Part shown: piece by piece, positions 1 to 13,800 of the stretch
Layout: each line of letters starts with the position of its first letter
Position numbering within the stretch: the stretch's first letter is position 1
Source: Octopus vulgaris
Taxonomy: Eukaryota
Reading direction: 5' to 3'
DNA length: 64,000 bases
NCBI GenBank assembly: GCA_951406725.2
Contig: OX597823.1
Coordinates: forward strand, 51,026,001 to 51,090,000
The notes under the pieces: generated by a model
Seen by the model: only the letters and a program-made list of their open reading frames with translations
Told to the model about the DNA's origin: nothing
Database searches by the model: none
Translations under genes and position numbers: made by a program

Positions 1-271
1 AGATACATACGCAAATGTATACATTCGAAGTCATATAACACATATATGTATATATATTCTTTTGAGTACGCATGTGTGTGTATTTCTATACGCATGTTTG
101 TGCTTTTGTTTTGAATATGACGCCTTCCACCGCCGCTAATCTGTCGTTTGTATTTCCTCGTATACATGCATGCAGCATGTATGTATGTATGTATGCATCT
201 GCATACATATATATATATATATAATATATATATATACCTATATATGTGTATATATATATATATACATACAT

Positions 272-322
<51 letters not shown>

Positions 323-364
323 ATACATACATGTATACATGCTTACATCTATAGGCACATTGAA

Positions 365-410
<46 letters not shown>

Positions 411-579
411 ACATACATATGTGTGTGTACGCGTGGGTGCGTATGTACTGTGTATGCATTTACATGTGTGTATATGTGTGTGCATGTGTGTTGGAGGACG
501 ACGCTACCATCTGGTTTGACACTGAGTTACACTTGAATGCTTTCCATAGAGAACTCTTCTCTCTCTCTCTCTCACTCAC

Positions 580-627
<48 letters not shown>

Positions 628-1444
628 AAATATACGAAAAAATTAAAAACTCAGAATAGCTGCAGATGGAGGCCAGATTGAATACAAAAAGAAGTACCCC
701 CCCACTCCATAACACACAGACACAGAAAAATATACGCGCACATGCTTCTATGCGTACGTGTGAACAGACGCGTGTGTTCACGTGGTTTGTGTCTGTGTGT
801 GCGTTTGTTTTTGTATGCAAAAGAGTTTAGCAGAGGTGACTGCTGTTACAGAGGCCAGATCATAGTATTTTATAAATTAAAGACTCACAATCGAAACAGG
901 GGACATACAATATGTAATGTACTCTCTTTCCATGCCTTTTTTTTTATATATGTACCCGAAGGAATTATATTAAGCTATGGTTTGTTATTGGCGTTCCTTT
1001 ATATATCGTCGGTATGTATTATATATCTTGCAGATATGCAGGAAACGTCGCTGCTGTAGCTGTTTGTGAATGCTCGAGTTTCTTTGTTATTGTATACGTG
1101 TGTGCCAGTGTATGTAAGTGGGGTGCAAGCGTCTGCATGAGTATATATGTCTGTCCTTGAACAGCAGTGCCCATGTATGGCACAGCATACAGACGTTTTA
1201 AGCTACGGGCTGGTCGCTTTGACGACAACATTTTGCTTCTGATAAATTTAGATCCAGTTCAGATCTGAGCGAGCCGAACTATAATCAAAGGCATTTGAAC
1301 AGGAAACATCCCTTGGGCCGGGTTTATGTATGGTCCAAAATGGACCAAGGGCCGAGATAGGCCGCCAGCAAATGCACCCTAACGTATAGGAGAACACGCC
1401 TTTTAACACAGAGTTGAAGATTTAAAAAAAATTGTTTATAATAA

Positions 1445-1811
1445 TGGTTTCAAACTCTGCCACAAGGGCACCAATTTTGGGGAGGGGATGAATCGATTAC
1501 ATCGACTCCAGGGTTCAATTGGCACTTAATTTATCGACTTCGAAAAGATGGAAGACGAAGTCGACCCCGGTGGAATTTGAACTCAGAACGTAGCGGCAGA
1601 CGAAATGCCTATTTATTTACTACCCACAAGGGGCTAAACACAGAGGAGACAAACAAGGACAGACAGACGGATTAAGTCGATTATATCGACCCCAGAGCGT
1701 AACTGGTACTTAATTTATCGACCCCGAAAGTATGAAAGGAAAAGTCGACCTAGGCGGAATTTGAACTCAGAACATAACGGCAGACGAAATACCACTGAGC
1801 ATTTCGCCCGC
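1445..1811 (-). mobile_element. SINE family A, dimeric copy (5'-truncated)
   Basis: Reverse strand reads GAGTTCAAATTCCGCC..GGTCGACTTT.CCTTTCAT..TTTCGGGGTCGATAAATTAAGTACCAG twice. The first monomer ends in the GCCCCTTGTGGGTAGTAAA tail, the second in a CCCAAAATTGG..CCTTGTGGCAGAGTTTGAAACC tail. Confidence 0.8.
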
Positions 1812-1827
1812 CTTACATAATAATAAT

Positions 1828-2228
1828 AATCCTTTCTACTATAGGCACAAGGCCTGAAATTTTGGGGAAGGAGACTAGCCAATTACATCGACCCCAGTGC
1901 GTAATTAGTACCTAATCTATCGACCCAGAAATGATTTATCAACACCGGCGGAATTTGAACTCACAAAGTAGCTGCAGACGAAATATCTATTTCTTTACTA
2001 CCCACAATGGGTTAAACACAGAAGGGACGAACAAGGAGAGACAAACGGATTAAGTCGATTACATCGACCCCAGTGCGTAACTGGTACTTATTTAATCGAC
2101 TCCGAAAGGATGAAAGGCAAAGTCGACCTCGGCGGAATTTGAACTCAGAACGTAACGGCAGACGAAATACCACTAAGTATTTCGCCCGGCATGCTAACGT
2201 GTCTGCCAGCTCACTGCCTTTCCGCCTT
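1828..2228 (-). mobile_element. SINE family A, full dimeric copy (tRNA-derived head)
   Basis: Head GAGCTGGCAGACACGTTAGC (A box-like) and GAGTTCAAATTCC (B box), two body monomers, tail GGCCTTGTGCCTATAGTAGAAAGG followed by (ATT)n. Confidence 0.85.
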
Positions 2229-2248
2229 ACATAATAATACTACTAATG

Positions 2249-2311
<63 letters not shown>

Positions 2312-2595
2312 CATTTGTACGTTTATTTAATTGTTTTGCAAGATCCTTGATGTGAAATCGTGTGTTGAAATAGATATTGCTATATTTGGGGACGGTCATA
2401 TTTTGGCAATTAATCACACGCACTGTATACTTGGTCTTTTCTTTAGCTATAATTTCATTCTTATTTTAGTGTCTCTGGTTTGAAATCTGTGACCTCTTCA
2501 ACGACTCTCCCTCCCACGTGTCTCCTCCTGTCTTCTTTGGTCCATTCAGTCTTCCTGTGGTGTGTATTCTTCAAGACAAAAAGATACTAAAATAA

Positions 2596-2818
2596 TCTTT
2601 TCTACAATAGGCACAAGGCCTGAAGTTTTAGGGCAGTTTTAAGTCGATTACATCGAAACTAGTGTGTAACAGGTACTTATTTACTTATTTCATCGACCGC
2701 AAACGTATGGAAGGCAAAGTCGACCTCGGCGGAATTTGAACCCAGAACGTAACGGCCAGACGAAACACCGCTAAGCATTTCGCCCGGCGTGCTAACGATT
2801 CTGTCGGCTCATCACCTT
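2596..2818 (-). mobile_element. SINE family A monomer
   Basis: Same head and body as other family A copies, with the GGCCTTGTGCCTATTGTAGAAAAG tail. Confidence 0.8.
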
Positions 2819-3066
<248 letters not shown>

Positions 3067-3067
<1 letters not shown>

Positions 3068-4089
3068 CCAAACTGAACAACCCGAGGGAAGTACGGCAAC
3101 TATTGTTGCAAAGAAGGTGAAAATGATGGCAACGAAAAAAGCGCACGAGCAATTGGCTGATAGGTGGGAGGAGAAACCTCTGCACGGCAAATATGTGACC
3201 CGCAGCAAAAAGCTGATGTTGACCAGAAGCAAACCCATCAGTGGCTACGGAGCTCAGGGCTAAAAGCAGAGAGCGAAGGTTTCATCCTGGCTGCTCAAGA
3301 TCAAAGCCTATTAACCCGGAACTACCAGGCCAATGTGATGAAAAATGGAGCAGACCCAAAATGCCGATTCTGCAACGACATGATTGAAACAGTGGACCAT
3401 CTAATCTCTGGATGTAAAGTCTTAGCACCAGTGGAGTATAAATTAAGACATGACAGAGTTGGCCAATATCTCCACCGGCTAATAAGTCGGCATTACAATA
3501 TCAAAACTGCCGACAAGTGGTATAATCACCACCCTGAGGCTGTAACTGAAGGAGAAAATGTAACCATTCTGTGGGACTTTCCAGTACATACAGACCGAAC
3601 CATCAAGGCCAATAAACCAGATATTGTTGTGAAAGACCAAAACAATAAAGTTTGCTTATTGATCGACATGAGCATCCCCTGTGATCATAATATCTCAGCG
3701 AAAGAGTTTGACAAGCTCAGAAAATATAAAGACCTACTCATTGAAATTGAGAAAATGTAGCATCTCAAGGCGGTTACAATACCAGTGATCGTAGGAGCAC
3801 TAGGAATGATCAAGAAGGGAACCGAAAATTATATGAGAATGATGATCCCTGGCAAGAAGTGCAAAAGATTGTCTTAACTGGTACATCACATGTATTGAGA
3901 AGAGCATTGTCGATGTGAGAATTGTTGCTGCTCATGTATTTTAATTTAACTTTAAAAAAAAAAAAAAATGAACGAACTATTGAGTTTGGTTTAATGGCCT
4001 ACCAATGTATACTATGAGTTTCTTTGCCCTAGGAGTCGGGAAGACACTCGGCAAGAAATGGAAGCAAATTTGAAAGAAGAAAAAAAAAG
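3067..4089 (+). mobile_element. 5'-truncated R4/Dong-clade non-LTR retrotransposon (zinc knuckle + restriction-like endonuclease C-terminus, 3' UTR); pseudogenised
   Basis: WEEKPLHGKY..WLRSSGLKAESEGFILAAQDQSL, CCHC knuckle CRFC..ETVDHLISGC, RHD motif, ILWDF..TDRTIKANKPDIVV..LIDMSIP (PD-(D/E)xK), then past a premature TAG (3758) PVIVGALG..QKIVLTGTSHVLRRAL* (ends ~3918). Frameshift near 3210. A-rich end at ~4080. Flanked by (AAT)n on both sides. Confidence 0.9.
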
Positions 4090-4143
4090 TAATAAAAGTA
4101 ATAATAATAATAACAATAATAATAATAATAATAATAATAATAA

Positions 4144-4628
<485 letters not shown>

Positions 4629-6008
4629 GCATATATATGCATGCATACATATATGTACATACATATATATATGTATATATGCAAATATGGGTACAGGACG
4701 TCATAAAACGTAAACAACATGGGATACGAACATTTTGGGCGAACAACGAAAGAAACAAATGGAAAACAAGACAAGTAACATAAAGAAAGACCCATCATCA
4801 GTTGTCGACTGTATATCTACTCCACATTTCGAGCAATTACGACAGGATGTGTCTTCGAGAAAACAGTTGCTCCGGCAAAGCAAAGTAAAATTTGGGATTC
4901 GTGGAGGGTCAAAGTTGGTAACAAAAACAAGACAGTGAAAACAAACAGTAAGGGCTGCGAAACCATAACGAGGTGTGTGGTGGCAAACGCTGGAGGAACA
5001 TGCTTTGACAGGGAAAGAGATAGGTGAGGAGACAGACAAGAATCTGTGTGACCTGTGTGACAGATCAAAAGGAAAAAAAGAAGCTCAATTTAGGAAAAGA
5101 AAGATGGCTGATGGTCACGTGTGAGTAAAGAGTAAGTAAAGGAGGAAGAGTGAGAAAGAGAGAGGGACGGAGAACGGTAAAAGGGAGAGGAAAAGAATTA
5201 GAGAAAGGATGAGAGAGAAAGAACGAAAGAGGGAGATGGGGAGGTAAAAAGAATATATATTGAGTAACATTTTCTCCGTTTTTTCGTGTTTTTGTATTTT
5301 ATTATTGTCTTTGTTGTTGTACACATTCGCTTGCTTTCTCCTAAAATATTTAATGCTCTTAGCATAGATTTTTGGGGCCAGCGAGATTTGAAGATTCTCA
5401 AGTGTAATCGGCCGAAACTGTAAGCATATTCTAGAAACTTGAGTGAGGAGAGAAGGCTGCGACTGACTCATCCTTCTTTTTTGCTGTCTGTCTTTTTGTT
5501 TTTGTTGTGTTTCTTGTCCGTCTTTGTATCGTGTATTTGTGCGGATGTTTTATTGCCGTCTGTTATGTTCCTGTTCCATTATATATATATATATATATAT
5601 ATCTGTAGAAAGATAGGTAGGTAGATAGATAGGTATAGGTATATTGTCCCTACATATGCACGTACGTAGATACGTACATATATGCATACACATACACACA
5701 CTCATACATATATGTTTAAACATACAAACAGGCATCTCAGTGTTGTTTCGCATCGGAGTGAGTATGGGGAGTGTGCGAGCACGTGTGATTGTGCATATTT
5801 AAAGAAACGACGAATGAAAATAGTTTCGGTTCCTTTCTTTCGCTAATATTATCAGGAAGCCATTTTACCAAATTTAAGATATTACGGTGTGCGTGTGTTT
5901 ATTTAAGCCTGTATGTGTGTGTGTATGTGTGTGTATTTATTAGTGTTTATTTCTGTGTGTGTTGATGACTATGTATATGTATGTGTTTGTGTGTGAGTGT
6001 GTGTGTGT

Positions 6009-6053
<45 letters not shown>

Positions 6054-6365
6054 TGGATCAAGAAAGTAGGAACTCTGGATAGGAAGTGTTACCTGAGGTA
6101 ATATAAACTGGGTCCACATGAAGTGTATGTCAGAGAGAGCGTCTGACTGCTGAAAAACCCGAAACAATCAATGAGACAATAAATATTAACCCCGTTCAAG
6201 TGCTTCACATGATGAGCCATATAAAAAAAGTTTATACGATTAGGCCGTCAAATAGTACCTGCTTATACACATACATATACGTGTGAGTGCAACTTTATAT
6301 ATTCCACACACACATTTAAGCACGCACCTGCATATAATATATCATGATATAATATAACATAATAA

Positions 6366-6602
6366 GGCGGCGAGTTGGCAGAAACGTTAGCACGCCGGGC
6401 GAAATGCGTAGCCGTATTTCGTCTGCCGTTACGTTCTGAGTTCAAATTCCGCCAAGGTTGACTTTGACTTTGCCTTTCATCCTTTCGGGGTCGATAAATT
6501 AAGTACCAGTTACGCACTGGGGTCGATGTAATCGACTTAATCCATTTGTCTGTCCTTGTTTGTCCCCTCTATGTTTAGCCCTTTGTGAGTAGTAAAGAAA
6601 CA
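6366..6602 (+). mobile_element. SINE family A monomer
   Basis: GGCGGCGAGTTGGCAGAAACGTTAGCACGCCGGGCGAAATG..GAGTTCAAATTCCGCC..CCTTTCGGGGTCGATAAATTAAGTACCAG..GCCCTTTGTGAGTAGTAAAGAAA. Confidence 0.9.
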
Positions 6603-7771
6603 GATATAATATAACATAATGTATATGTATATTTGTATGTATGTATGTATGTATGTGCGTGTGTGCGTGTGTACGAGTGTTATGTGTATGTGTTTGTGTA
6701 CTTATGTATGTCTGTAAAAAACACTTAACAGAAGTTCTTGGAAAGTTAAGATGCTCAAACGTTCTGTCAGTCATCATATCTACTTAGGTGAGTAGGACGT
6801 ATGGAATATTATCGGATTACAAAAGAGCTCTTCTACTGTGAGCTGTGCACTGGAAAACGTCTTCAGCACAAAATGAAGAAACTGTAGACCAATGTACAGA
6901 ACTGAGAAGAAATAACTTTGGATGAAGCTGAGTGGAGGTAGCGTATAAAGAAAAGTAAGAAAATTTTGTGCGCAAAAGCATAAAGCGCTGATTTTGAAGG
7001 AGCTGTCATCAGAACCTCAGTGAGAACACACAGTGGTGGGGCTGTGAAATGTGTGGTCGTTCACTCCTTTCCAAGGCTGGGTAAGTCACCCATCTAAAGT
7101 CCCATAAAAGATCAACTGCATGCAATATCCTTCCTTGTAGACTAGCTGATTCCACGTGCATAGTGTGTTAAGGGGTTTGCAGGTATGAGAGAGCTCGAAA
7201 AATTTCAAGGGTTAAGAGACAAATAACGGTCCACCGCGACCATATCTCACGAAATGATACGAACAATACGGTAGAAGTCACAACTTTTGCCTGTCTCCCG
7301 TGCTTCAAACCATACAGATCTTCAGCGGGACTGCATTGTCATCTGAGAGGTCATAGAACGGAATGTCAGAAATGCCATTGACAACGAAGACACTCACAGA
7401 GACGGCAATCATCTGTGAAGATGCAGCAATAACCGTGTATGTTTGGCTGGATGTAAGAATGGATGGATGAATGCTTCTGTGAATATGTCTGCTGCCTGGG
7501 AAATAGATCTACAAAATATAATATTGAATATCTACAAATTATTATTATCTGTGTCTTTACATCCATTGTTGCTATAAAGTATTATATTATATGATATCTT
7601 TCAGTGAAGCATGAATTGTAAAATTACTCTCTCTGGATTAACATTTCCAAAGATAGAACATGCAATGCATGTGTGTGTATGTGTGTTTGTGTGCGTGCGT
7701 GTGTGATTGTGTTTGTATATACATGTATGCATGCAAGCATTGATACATATGTGTGTGTGCATGTATATATA

Positions 7772-7845
<74 letters not shown>

Positions 7846-8436
7846 ACACACACATATACACACATATACATAAATATCGAACTAGAAAAACACATATCTT
7901 GTGTATGTATGTTCGATATTGTTTATTTCTCTGGAGCTGCTTTTAACTCATATTTGAATTTTTTCCGTGGTATGAAACGTTGGACATACTAGCAGATGTT
8001 TCTTACACCATTTTGCGTAGAGCTGTAGGCAGCGATCTAGCTTGCGTTGGGCCTCGTTTCGTGTACACGGTATTGAAAAGTCATAAAAAGTTCGAAACAT
8101 CGATGTCTATCGCTCCTGAATGGAATCTGATGCGAGTTATCTCGCTTGTCTATGTCTCCCAGATGTTTTAACACCAGGCGTATTGAAGAGAATATATTCT
8201 GTTAGGCCAATAAGCGCTGCCTACCCACGAACTAGCAAAACACATACCTTATATGTCTGTTCTATATTGTTTATATCTATTTAGGTGCTTTTAACTCATA
8301 TTTATACATATATGTGTGTGTTACATACATCCATATATAAATACACACACACAAACCTATATATACATGCATACATGTGTGTGTATATATATATATATAT
8401 ATTCACACACAAATACATATATATATACACACACAC

Positions 8437-8489
<53 letters not shown>

Positions 8490-8688
8490 AACATACTCGC
8501 GTGTGTATCGCTGGCGATTTTCTTTCTCCGTCTTCCCTTCTCTGGATTTTTTCTATATTTCTGACGAAGAGCTCCGGTCGAAACGTGAAATCCTCTCTCT
8601 ATTCTTTCCTTTCCTGAGCATCCGGTAACACTGTACTTATTCCACGTCCTCGCGTTGTTGTTTTTTCTTGCTTGTTCATGTTTAGATT

Positions 8689-8735
<47 letters not shown>

Positions 8736-9099
8736 CATACGGATAAGCCTTTGTGTGTGATTTTGTGTGTGTATTTGTGTACATAGCTAGGCAAACACAC
8801 TAACATATTTATATTTAATATTTCCTGTGCTTTCTAGTATTTCATTAGTCTCATCACAAATATCCACCAATGGCTTCTTCCTAGTAGTCATTAAAGACGT
8901 ATAAATAGTCAAATAGTAGTCACAATTCATACCAAGGCTGGTAGAAATTGATATGTTTTTGTTTGAAAACAAACTATACTTGGCATAGAAACCTGTTAGT
9001 GAATGAAAGAGGATCCTTGATGAACCCCATACTGGTCCTTGATGAACCACTACTTCTACCCTGAATTTAAAAAAAAATAAGGAAAAAAAAATTAAGGGT

Positions 9100-9480
9100 T
9101 TGAGCTGGCAGAAACGTTAGCACGCCGGGCGAAGTGCTTAGCGGTATTTCGTCTGCCGTTACGTCTCTGAGTTCAAATTCCACAGAGGTCAACTTTGCTT
9201 TTCATCCTTTTGGGGTCGATAAATTAAGTACCAGTTACGCACTGGGGTCGATATAATCGACTTAATCTGTTTGTCTATTCTTGTTTGTCCTCTCTGTGTT
9301 TAGCCCCTTGTGGGTAGTAAAGAAATAGGTATTTCGTATGCCGCTACGTTCTGAGTTCAAATTCTGCCGAGGTCGACTTTGCCTTTCATCCTTTCTGGGT
9401 CGATTAAATAAGTACCAGTTACTCAGAGACCAGGGCAAAGTATATTTGGGGGAAAACTGGCATCTGCCCAAGTATTTCCG
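9100..9480 (+). mobile_element. SINE family A, dimeric copy
   Basis: Full monomer to ~9326, then an immediate restart at GGTATTTCGTATGCCGCTACGTTCTGAGTTCAAATTC. Confidence 0.85.
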
Positions 9481-9915
9481 ACATTATCACCATCATCATT
9501 ACCACCATCACCTTCATCACAAACAGGAACACCATTACTACCCCAACACCATCACCAACACCACTACTCACACTATTACCACAATACTATCACCACCACA
9601 AACACTATCACTTCCACAAGCACTATCACCAGCACCACCAACAACAGTACCATCACTAACACCATTACCCCCACCAATGCCATCACCAACACCAGCAACA
9701 CACCACAACCACCAACACCACTACCACTACCACCACGAACACCACAACACCATTTTCAATACCACTACAAATACCATTACCGCCACTATCACCATCATCA
9801 TCAACATTACCAACACCATTTTCACCACCAGCACTACCACCTTCAGCACCTCCAATAACAACAATACCACAAACACCACCACCACCACCATCATCATTAT
9901 CACTTCACCAACCGG
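9481..9915. repeat. Degenerate (CAC/CAT/CAA)n low-complexity tract
   Basis: Triplet-rich sequence giving a His/Thr/Pro-rich pseudo-ORF. Confidence 0.85.
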
Positions 9916-10489
9916 TGGTGGTAGTGTTTTGGGGGCCTGCTGTAACATCACGACTCAAACTCCTCCTCAAATCGTTGTCAGCCTGTTTATCCGTGGCAAA
10001 GGCTGCCTATTGGGAGCGATACAGATCCCTATCAATGTTATCATAGACGTTATTGCCTGAGTACAAAGATAAAGAACTGGTACCACTATGCATTTTACCT
10101 GACTATTTAACAGTTCCACGAATCCAACTTCCCGGGACATATTTATTACTGACACCAAAAAAGGCTGATAACAAAAGTTGACCGTAGCGGGCTTTGAACT
10201 CAAGAGACAGAAATGTGGGAAAAACCCCATGATTGATTCTATCAAACGCTAGACCAACACTGATAATTCACTTTGATACACTTCTCTTACAAAGACAGGA
10301 TGTCCAGCGCTGTAGTTAAAACTGGTGGAAGTCCCTGGGCCAATATATTTGGTTGGGAAAGCGCACGATTTCGGATATGAATGCTTCCCAACCAAATGAT
10401 TCCAGGTCCCATCCTACAGCGTGCTACTTTGAGCAAGTTCTTCTAGTATAGCCTCGGTCTGACCTCAACCTTGTGAGTGGATTTAGTAG

Positions 10490-11650
10490 AATTTGTTTCG
10501 TATAATCTCTGGAGATCATTGCTCTGAACTGAATAGAATACACTTTGACAGAAGTGAAAAAAACATCCCTTGAGTTTTACATTTGGAAATTCTTATAGGA
10601 ATGCATTCTGCATAGCCTTTTCGAAGTCTATCATAACAGTTAGAGGGGCACAAGAAGGCTCTGAATTTTTTTATTTTCTGTAAAAGCTGACTATAGGTTT
10701 CCTCACATTTGTTGGGTAGTAACACAAACCTCAGCAGCACTGAAGCTTTTTCTCTTAAACCATGCAAAATATACAGCTGGTGAAACAACAATGGAACTGT
10801 CTTGTATGTACCATCGGCAGACCATTGATTACATTGCGAAAACGAACGAAGGTTGCATTTAGTAGCAAAAATTAGTATGTCTTTATCACTTTGACCTGAA
10901 TCATATATTAAGAAAATCTCACCTTTAACGGATTTTGTATATTCGTCCGGAAAAATTAATTCATTCCAAATCCTTGGTAAAGCTGGAACTACATTATTTT
11001 CTTGCCTTATAAAATATACTGCCCTTTTAAAACATTGCGACAACGGGAGTCTAGACATAGCAGCTTCACTACAACCTTCGAAGGCGCTAGATATTATTGA
11101 TTGCGGTGTATCATTGGTGGTTCTCGCCATCTGCAGTATTTTTATAACAGTTTCTGTAGCCTCAACTTCTGCAGCATCTATTGTATGATTGTGTTCACTT
11201 ACAAGACTAATTATTTCTTCCACACGAGCACACTTTCAGTAAGTTTTGGCTTCATTCTTTCTATTTTTATAAAATAAATAACCACCATGAACTAATTTTT
11301 TTCGTCGTTTCTCTGTTTCTATACATTGAAGAACCGTTGTATAGGCTTCAGGGTACTGAAATTTTAACCAGTTCCTTCTTGGAATTGAGACAAAGCCTCG
11401 AAAAAAAAATGCTGAGAATTTCTAAATTTGAAGGTGTTGTTATTGACACATATTGTTCTCATTAGGAAAAACAAATTGTCATGAAGTGGTAGTTTGGTCA
11501 TTAAGAAAAAGATGTCTATAGGTGCTCGTTTAATACTAACAGCTCTTTCTGTATCCCTCCTTAGTTTTAATCTGCAGGTAAATTGTTGTAGATGAATTGT
11601 ATATGTAAAGGGATGTAGATGAATTGTTGTAGACGAATTCACCTAGAACC
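10490..11650 (-). mobile_element. Mutator-like (MULE) DNA transposon remnant, FLYWCH + MULE transposase pseudogene
   Basis: Upstream KKLVHGG..FYKNRKNEAKTY*KC and HNH (FLYWCH-like). ORF 10516-11223 has WSADGTYKTVPLLFHQLYILHG..FVLLPNKCEETY. Frameshifted continuation reads DFEKAMQNAFL*EFPNVKLKGCFFHFCQSV. Possible terminus with TGTAGATGAATTG sub-repeats at 11575-11650. Cut at ~10490 by a SINE B fragment. Confidence 0.88.
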
Positions 11651-11808
11651 CAGTGACTGAATCCAGTAAAAGATATGCCTAACGCGGATCATATCAAAAC
11701 TAAGTAGCAAAATTCTTCTAAATTCCAGTCCTTTTGCCTAAAGAATAACAAGATTTGTACTCTAGTAAAGTTCAAAGTAATCCATCAGATTAATGTAGAA
11801 TTGTTTTT

Positions 11809-12113
11809 GGTGGCGTAGAGGTTAGAGCATTTGGTTCACGATCGTAAGGTCAAATGATCGATACTCGGCGACGTGTTGTGCCCTTGAGCAAGACACGTTA
11901 TTTCAAGTTGCTCCAGTCCACTTAGCAGATAAAAAAAGAGTCGTATCTGTAATTCAAAAGTGTCAGCCTTGTCATATTCTCTCCCACACTAAGGGTACTC
12001 GTAACTGTGGAGTATTCAGCTACTTGCACGTTAACTTCACGAGAACTCTATTACATTGATCGGATCATCGGATCAATTGGAACCCACGTCATCGTAACCG
12101 ACAGAGAGCCAGT
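11809..12113 (+). mobile_element. SINE family C (tRNA head + CORE-like CCTTGAGCAAGACAC), diverged
   Basis: Homologous to 56548-56866, 62594-62920 and 59623-59808; common tail GATCAACTGGAACCCTCGTCGTCGTAACCGACGGAGTGCCAG. Confidence 0.8.
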
Positions 12114-12154
12114 GACACGTACAAGCACACTCACACACACAAATATGTGTTAGT

Positions 12155-12253
<99 letters not shown>

Positions 12254-12264
12254 CATATATATAT

Positions 12265-12727
<463 letters not shown>

Positions 12728-12770
12728 TTTATACACAACACACACACACACGCATATATATATATATATA

Positions 12771-13050
12771 TATAAATTAGAGAAATTATTATGCAATTCA
12801 AAATAATATATATTTATTAAAACATATAACTAGATCACAAAAAGTACAAAAATGAATAATCAATATATAATAAGTACTTGCACGCTAACTTGCACGTTAA
12901 CTTACATATTACTTATATATTGATTATTCATTTTTGTACTGTTTGTGATCTAGTTATATGTTTTAATAAATATCTTTTATTTTTTATTTATGATTTGGTT
13001 TATGTCTATCATTGTTTGAATTGCATAATAGTGGTTTCTCTCTAAGTTAT
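12771..13050. repeat. AT-rich inverted repeat (fold-back)
   Basis: ATATTTATTAAAACATATAACTAGATCACAAAAAGTACAAAAATGAATAATCAATATATAA (~12810-12870) is nearly perfectly reverse-complemented at ~12914-12974. Outer arms pair too (ATTATGCAATTCAAA / TTTGAATTGCATAAT). Confidence 0.9.
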
Positions 13051-13140
13051 ATATTATATATTTATATTGTGAAATTTGATTTAATACTAACTTGAATTTT
13101 TCCTTGTAAGTTTGGAGTTATTCTCCCTAATATATATGTG

Positions 13141-13174
<34 letters not shown>

Positions 13175-13212
13175 TGTATGTATGTATGTATGTATGTATG
13201 TATGTATGTATG

Positions 13213-13276
<64 letters not shown>

Positions 13277-13280
13277 CATA

Positions 13281-13420
13281 GGCACAGGAGTGGCTGTGTG
13301 GTAAGTAGCTTGTTTACAAACCACATGGTTCCGGGTTCAGTCCCACTGTGTGGCACCTTGGGCAAGTGTCTTCTACTATAGCCTCGGGCAGACCAATGCC
13401 TTGTGAGTGGATTTGGTAGC

Positions 13421-13465
<45 letters not shown>

Positions 13466-13689
13466 TGTGTGTGTTTGTGTGTCTGTGTTTGTCCCCCTAG
13501 CATTACTTGACAACCGATGCTGGTGTGTTCATGTCCCCGTTACTTAGCGGTTCGGCAGAAGAGACACATAGAATAAGTGCTGGGCTTACAAAAGAATAAG
13601 TCCCGGGGTCGAGTTGCTCGATTAAAGGCGGTGCTCCAGCATGGCCGCAGTCAAATGACTGAAACAAGTAAAAGAGTAAAAGAGAGAGT

Positions 13690-13690
<1 letters not shown>
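13281..13690 (+). mobile_element. SINE family B (tRNA head, CORE-like ACCTTGGGCAAGTGTCTT, internal microsatellite, LINE-like tail)
   Basis: GGAGTGGCTGTGTGGTAAG (A box), GGGTTCAGTCCC (B box), internal (AT)n(GT)n, tail GGCGGTGCTCCAGCATGGCCGCAGTCAAATGACTGAAACAAGTAAAAG. Confidence 0.9.
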
Positions 13691-13776
<86 letters not shown>

Positions 13777-13800
13777 TATATAGATATATAGATATATATA

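Noticed and set aside
4690-4900. Minus-strand GAAA...CTGATGA suggesting a permuted hammerhead
   Set aside because: I could not build convincing stems; probably a repeat end.
9338-10060. 240-aa His/Thr/Pro-rich mucin-like ORF
   Set aside because: It starts inside a SINE and runs through a degenerate (CAC/CAT)n tract; no domain or splice evidence.
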